Made by a program: the position numbers and the translations under genes
NCBI GenBank assembly: GCA_001785675.1
Contig: MFUJ01000016.1
Coordinates: 149 to 64,148, forward strand
Reading direction: 5' to 3'
Source of the DNA: Candidatus Nomurabacteria bacterium RIFCSPHIGHO2_12_FULL_37_29
GTDB lineage: Bacteria; Patescibacteriota; Minisyncoccia; Phycocordibacterales; UBA9973
Length of the DNA stretch: 64,000 bases
Notes under the pieces: model-generated
Databases searched by the model: none
The model's input: only the letters and a program-made list of their open reading frames with translations
What the model was told of the DNA's origin: nothing
In this document: piece after piece, positions 59,429 through 64,000 of the stretch
Position numbering within the stretch: position 1 is the stretch's first letter
Layout: the number at the start of each line of letters is the position of its first letter

Positions 59429-59848
59429 ATGAATTACCACATTGCTAACATAAAATTACTCACAGGAATTTCTTTATTACTTGCCTTTGTAAGCATAGGC
59501 GTATTTGGTTTACTACAGTTTAACCATTCTAGCCACTCGGCTGAGACACCGATGGTAAATTGTCCTTATGCTCAAAACAGTTTTTCCTTATGTGAAAGTA
59601 ACTTTGGCCATATTAATAATTGGCGACAATTTTTAAATGTAATTTTCCCAACATTGCTTGTTTTTTCAATACTCTTGTTTGCGGTTCTGTATATTTTTGA
59701 TCAGAAGTTTTTTAACCAAGAAAAACATTCTTACAGGTGGAAATATTATTTAGATAATAAAAAGTTATATTCCTACCCGCAAGAAATAATTAAATGGCTA
59801 TCTCTTTTTGAAAATAGCCCCTCTTTTCAATACGCAAGACATAGCTAA
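59429..59848 (+). CDS. Hypothetical membrane protein with His/Cys
   Basis: TM, HSSH...CP....LC....H, TM. Confidence 0.6.
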   Translation: MNYHIANIKLLTGISLLLAFVSIGVFGLLQFNHSSHSAETPMVNCPYAQNSFSLCESNFGHINNWRQFLNVIFPTLLVFSILLFAVLYIFDQKFFNQEKHSYRWKYYLDNKKLYSYPQEIIKWLSLFENSPSFQYARHS

Positions 59849-59933
59849 TTATTTTGTCGTAAAATTTTTAGCTGTGTCTATGAAATCCCCATTAGGGATT
59901 TTTTACTATTCTAATTTGATTGCTAAAAATCTT

Positions 59934-60479
59934 ATGAACAAACAAACAATTGTCTCGTTAGTAGTAATTCTTATCGGGGTTACAGCATTAGTGTGGTGGA
60001 GTAAGTCGGTAGACAGTAAAAAATTAGGTGCTGAAGGGGAAGGGTTATATCATTTAGCAAAAACAGGAAATAATCTCGAGGCGAACTCTATAAATTTTCT
60101 AGTTGCTTCAGAAACATTTTATGATTTCGGCACGATCTCAATGAAAAACGGCAAGGTCAGCAAAATATTCAAGATTACCAATCCAACAAGCCAAGATATT
60201 AAAATTCCAAGCTTAGTAACTTCTTGCATGTGCACTACGGCTTATATTCTTGGTGAAGATGGAACTCGAAGCAGACCTTACGGAATGCCGGGTCACGGCG
60301 GAGCAGTTCCTAAAGCAAATGCAATAGTTAGAGCCAGCGGATCACTAAATATTGAAGCTGTATATGATCCGAACGCGCACGGGCCGGCCGGAGTCGGCCT
60401 CATTGAAAGGTCGGTTCTACTTGAAGATGAGAACAATAACGTCATTGAATTTAAGTTCAGAGTGAATGTAACTCCGTAA
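59934..60479 (+). CDS. DUF1573-like Ig-fold protein
   Basis: YDFGTI, TSCMCT, GMPGHG, YDPNAHGP. Confidence 0.75.
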   Translation: MNKQTIVSLVVILIGVTALVWWSKSVDSKKLGAEGEGLYHLAKTGNNLEANSINFLVASETFYDFGTISMKNGKVSKIFKITNPTSQDIKIPSLVTSCMCTTAYILGEDGTRSRPYGMPGHGGAVPKANAIVRASGSLNIEAVYDPNAHGPAGVGLIERSVLLEDENNNVIEFKFRVNVTP

Positions 60480-60486
60480 TAAATAT

Positions 60487-61266
60487 ATGAAAAAAATTAT
60501 CATTACAATTAGTATTGTGCTTATTGCCATAATCAGCATAATTATCCTCAAAAATAATCCGGCAACTTCATCAATCATCTGGAATATGAGCAAACAGGGA
60601 ACATGGCTTCTACCACTTGTTTTCATATCTGCGCTCTTAGATAGTGTGCATCCTTGTTCGTTCTCAATTCTTCTTATAACCATTGCGTTTCTATTTGGAA
60701 TGCAATTGAGTAGAGAAAAAATTCTAAAACTAGGGGGAACATACATTGCCGGAATATTTACAGCGTATTTCTTGATTGGTCTCGGAATACTGAAGGTACT
60801 ACACCTATTCAACACCCCGCACTTTATGGGAAAATTGGGGGCAACACTTCTCATTACCTTTGGTGTGCTCAATCTGCTTGGTCGTTTCTTCCCGACATTT
60901 CCAATTAAATTTAAGATTCCAGGAATTGCTCACTCTAGCATGGGAAAATTAATGGATAAAGCTTCATTTCCAGCTGTCTTTGGTCTTGGGTTACTTGTTG
61001 GTATTTGTCAGTTCCCCTGTATGGGCGGACCGTATCTTATGGTTATAGGACTCTTGCGTGATCAGATGACTTATATGAGCGGATTTAATTATCTTCTACT
61101 CTATAATCTCATTTTAATTATTCCACTAGTGGCTGTATTATTCATATCTGCGGACAAAATTTTGGTTGATAAAATGCAAATATGGAAGCGTGACAATATA
61201 AGAGGACTAAAACTCTGGACTGGCATTGCAATGATTATTATTGGTATCTTAATCTTCTTTATCTAA
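60487..61266 (+). CDS. CcdA/DsbD-like thiol-disulfide transmembrane protein
   Basis: DSVHPC and QFPCMGGPY. Confidence 0.8.
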   Translation: MKKIIITISIVLIAIISIIILKNNPATSSIIWNMSKQGTWLLPLVFISALLDSVHPCSFSILLITIAFLFGMQLSREKILKLGGTYIAGIFTAYFLIGLGILKVLHLFNTPHFMGKLGATLLITFGVLNLLGRFFPTFPIKFKIPGIAHSSMGKLMDKASFPAVFGLGLLVGICQFPCMGGPYLMVIGLLRDQMTYMSGFNYLLLYNLILIIPLVAVLFISADKILVDKMQIWKRDNIRGLKLWTGIAMIIIGILIFFI

Positions 61267-61308
61267 TCCTTAAACTTAGGATTATGTTGAGTCGTATCGA
61301 AACATATT

Positions 61309-61617
61309 ATGATTAATGCAATATTATCAATTCTTATTTTTACGGGTGTTGTCTGGGGTCTTAATAAAAAACTGCCTATACAAATCTGTTCTATCTGTGC
61401 TGGGGTAACACTCACCTGGCTATGGATGCTTGGAGGAATGTGGCTTGGAGTTCTCTCCGTTTCTCGTTATGAGTTTCTAGCTGCAATTTTGATGGGGGCA
61501 TCGATTGGAGGCATCGTGACGGAAATCAAAAAAATGTTCTTGAAATTGCGAGCGAGAAGCGCGGGCAAAAGCAAAGAAGTCGAAACATTAGAAGATAAAT
61601 TAAAAAATTGCTGCTAA
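61309..61617 (+). CDS. Small membrane protein with CxxC and terminal CC
   Basis: ICSICAG, C-terminal NCC. Confidence 0.65.
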   Translation: MINAILSILIFTGVVWGLNKKLPIQICSICAGVTLTWLWMLGGMWLGVLSVSRYEFLAAILMGASIGGIVTEIKKMFLKLRARSAGKSKEVETLEDKLKNCC

Positions 61618-61618
61618 A

Positions 61619-62290
61619 ATGAAAAATAAACTAAAAGAAATATTCTATGCTGGCTTGATTATTCTGGTTGCGCTCACCCTGGGCTTGGCCCCAGTCACGC
61701 AAAAAGAAATATTTTCCCTAAAATGGAAAAATCTAGGGCTTCAACTGGTGGAAGCTGGAGTGATTGACCAAGAAAAGTTTGAAAATCTGTATACCGCTCG
61801 TGGCGGGCTATCAGAATCTGATAAGGAAATGCTTTATGGTAGAAATAATAGGGATTTTAAAATTACTCCAGAGAATTCTGGCATGGCGCTCCATATGCTT
61901 TGGGCCTTCGGACTGGCGAATAAGAATCCTATTCTGGAAGATGGGCCGATGATGGATCCGCGCTATGGCGGGGCGGAGAATTTCGCCTCTACTGGTGGTT
62001 GGACGTTGGCAAAAGGGAGTACTATGGATCATTACAGTATGCATTCATTCGTAACTCTTACAGATGACGAGCAGGCGTTGGTGGAAAAAGTTTCTAAGGG
62101 AATTTTTAGGCCATGTTGTAAAAATTCCACTTTTTTTCCAGACTGCAATCACGGCATGGCGATGCTCGGACTCTTGGAGCTCATGGCCTCACAAGGCGCA
62201 ACTGAAGATGAAATGAATCAAAAAGCACAAGAGGTAAATTCACTTTGGTTCCCGCAAGTCGAAAAAAAATCTGCAGGTTGTGCAGCATAA
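61619..62290 (+). CDS. Hypothetical exported Cys-motif protein
   Basis: N-terminal TM, RPCC...FPDCNHG. Confidence 0.7.
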   Translation: MKNKLKEIFYAGLIILVALTLGLAPVTQKEIFSLKWKNLGLQLVEAGVIDQEKFENLYTARGGLSESDKEMLYGRNNRDFKITPENSGMALHMLWAFGLANKNPILEDGPMMDPRYGGAENFASTGGWTLAKGSTMDHYSMHSFVTLTDDEQALVEKVSKGIFRPCCKNSTFFPDCNHGMAMLGLLELMASQGATEDEMNQKAQEVNSLWFPQVEKKSAGCAA

Positions 62291-62315
62291 CTTTTCATGT
62301 TAAATTGTATTCATA

Positions 62316-63326
62316 ATGTTAAAAAATTACACATTTCATGTAAAAGGAACTCACTGTGCCTCCTGCAAGATTTTGATTGAGGATGTTTTAAAAGATCAGG
62401 ATTTTATCAAAAGTGTTCATGTGGATTTACAAAAAGAAACTATAGAAATTAAAACTAACAGCGACCAAAATGCCGAAGAACTTGCTAATATCTTGACTGA
62501 TAAAGTAAAACTAAATGGTTATACGCTATCAGTAGAGAAAAAAACTCAAGAAAAAGAAAATGATGATGTAATTTGGAAAGCCATACCTATTGGGCTTGTA
62601 TTCTTAATATTATTTTTTATTCTACAAAAATCCGGAATTCTTAATTTTGGAATTGATGGCCAAACAACACCCACCACCAGTTTTATTATCGGACTTATTG
62701 CTTCAGTTTCAAGTTGCTTGGCTATAGTTGGTGGGTTAGTTTTATCACTTTCTGCAAAAATTTCCCAAGATAATGTAAGTGATACTAAAACTTTCCTACT
62801 CTTTCACCTAAGCAGACTCGCCAGTTTTGCATTATTGGGCGGAGTTCTTGGATTAATTGGCAATGCTATAGGTATAAACTTTACATTTACAGCAATACTG
62901 GGAATTTTAGCGTCTATTGTTATGTTACTTCTCGGTCTCAATTTAGTCGGAGTATTTGCAAAAAATAAAGTTGCACTTCCCTCTGGAATCTTTAACTTCT
63001 TTAGAAAAATTGAACACAAAACCCTCACTCCTCTCATTGTAGGATTTGGAACGTTTTTCTTACCTTGTGGATTTACCCAAGCAATGCAGGTAGTGGCTCT
63101 CTCAAGTGGGTCCTTTATGTCAGGATTTCTCATTATGTTTGCATTTGTTCTGGGAACCTTGCCGATGCTTTTATTGTTATCATTTGGATCAGCATCTTTC
63201 GCACACGGCAAACATGCGCCATTATTTTTTAAATCTGCCGGAGTTGTGGTAATTGGTCTTGGTTTATTTGCACTCTTAGCTGGACTTGCAGGTTTGGGTA
63301 TCATTAATCCATTATTCAATATATAA
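62316..63326 (+). CDS. HMA domain + DsbD_2 / TauE-like membrane protein
   Basis: GTHCASC, SSC...GG, FFLPCGF, F.LGT.P. Confidence 0.85.
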   Translation: MLKNYTFHVKGTHCASCKILIEDVLKDQDFIKSVHVDLQKETIEIKTNSDQNAEELANILTDKVKLNGYTLSVEKKTQEKENDDVIWKAIPIGLVFLILFFILQKSGILNFGIDGQTTPTTSFIIGLIASVSSCLAIVGGLVLSLSAKISQDNVSDTKTFLLFHLSRLASFALLGGVLGLIGNAIGINFTFTAILGILASIVMLLLGLNLVGVFAKNKVALPSGIFNFFRKIEHKTLTPLIVGFGTFFLPCGFTQAMQVVALSSGSFMSGFLIMFAFVLGTLPMLLLLSFGSASFAHGKHAPLFFKSAGVVVIGLGLFALLAGLAGLGIINPLFNI

Positions 63327-63333
63327 TCTTCAT

Positions 63334-63714
63334 ATGAATAAAACGGTTTCAATTATTATAATATTGGCTTTAGTAGTAGTTCTTGGAATTATTTTCTTCG
63401 GAGGGGGTTCAGATTCTGTCTCAGCGCAAAATGTAGAAATCAGAGACGGGATACAATACGTCACTGTCGATGCTAGAGGAGGATATTTCCCCCAAACTTC
63501 AAACGCAAAAGCTGGCATACCAACAAAATTAATAATGAAAACCAGCGGAACCTTCGATTGTTCCTCTGCCCTCGTAATAAAATCTTTAAATTATCAAAAC
63601 ATTCTTCCGCAAAATGCGGAAACTGAAATCGATCTCGGGGTGCCTAAGGCGGGGGAACCACTTCAAGGAGTTTGTGGTATGGGAATGTATAATTTTCAAG
63701 TGCGGTTTAATTAA
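63334..63714 (+). CDS. Cupredoxin domain protein
   Basis: GGY.P, DC, CGMGMY. Confidence 0.8.
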   Translation: MNKTVSIIIILALVVVLGIIFFGGGSDSVSAQNVEIRDGIQYVTVDARGGYFPQTSNAKAGIPTKLIMKTSGTFDCSSALVIKSLNYQNILPQNAETEIDLGVPKAGEPLQGVCGMGMYNFQVRFN

Positions 63715-63791
63715 AATTTGGCATTTCTTAAAAAATATGTTATTATAAAATAGATTCCAAAAGGCCTTAGGGCTTTTTTGTTTAGAAAAAA

Positions 63792-64000
63792 ATGGAAATT
63801 AGAAATATCGCTATTATTGCACACGTTGACCACGGCAAGACCACACTTACAGATGCTCTAATGAAGCAGAACGGTGGGTCCACAGATGAGGGACTGTCCA
63901 TGGATTCAAATGCTCTAGAAAAAGAGCGAGGTATTACTATTTACTCAAAAAATACTTCTATCTATTTTAAAGACACAAAAATAAATATCGTAGATACTCC
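63792..64000 (+). CDS. typA: Translational GTPase TypA/BipA, 3'-partial
   Basis: [42 protein letters not shown]. Confidence 0.9.
   Translation, partial: MEIRNIAIIAHVDHGKTTLTDALMKQNGGSTDEGLSMDSNALEKERGITIYSKNTSIYFKDTKINIVDT

Noticed and set aside
41288..63790. Prophage, or an exact attR duplicate of the tRNA-Tyr 3' end
   Set aside because: No capsid, terminase or tail genes, and no exact duplicate was found by eye

Overview
AT-rich bacterial chromosome segment whose gene content and streamlined proteins (short ValRS, IF-2 and YchF, DUF5671, DUF4446, PrsW) suggest a Patescibacteria/CPR (Parcubacteria-like) organism; this assignment is inference. The backbone carries ychF, leuS, murJ, lepA, valS, tsaD, rbfA, infB, a cysteine desulfurase, clpB, the start of typA and eight tRNAs. 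Three accessory blocks stand out. (1) A GC-rich, terminator-bounded island (about 3237-8627) holds a translationally coupled operon (aldo/keto reductase, radical SAM enzyme, truncated AlaRS paralog, nucleotidyltransferase-like protein) divergent from a second truncated AlaRS paralog. This is the best candidate for an undescribed biosynthetic or modification system. (2) An integrative element at tRNA-Tyr encodes a large serine recombinase reading through the tRNA antisense, a primase-ATPase and three structured leaders, followed by a Ser/Thr kinase-TIM barrel fusion convergent with a PD-(D/E)xK nuclease, hydrolases, a divergent SAM halogenase/hydrolase and a TauD dioxygenase. (3) A copper-resistance cluster follows. 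A family of about 90-115 bp palindromic elements occurs between genes and in-frame inside leuS, tsaD and the cysteine desulfurase, and several tRNAs are flanked by partial copies of themselves. All calls come from motif recognition by eye; no database searches were run.
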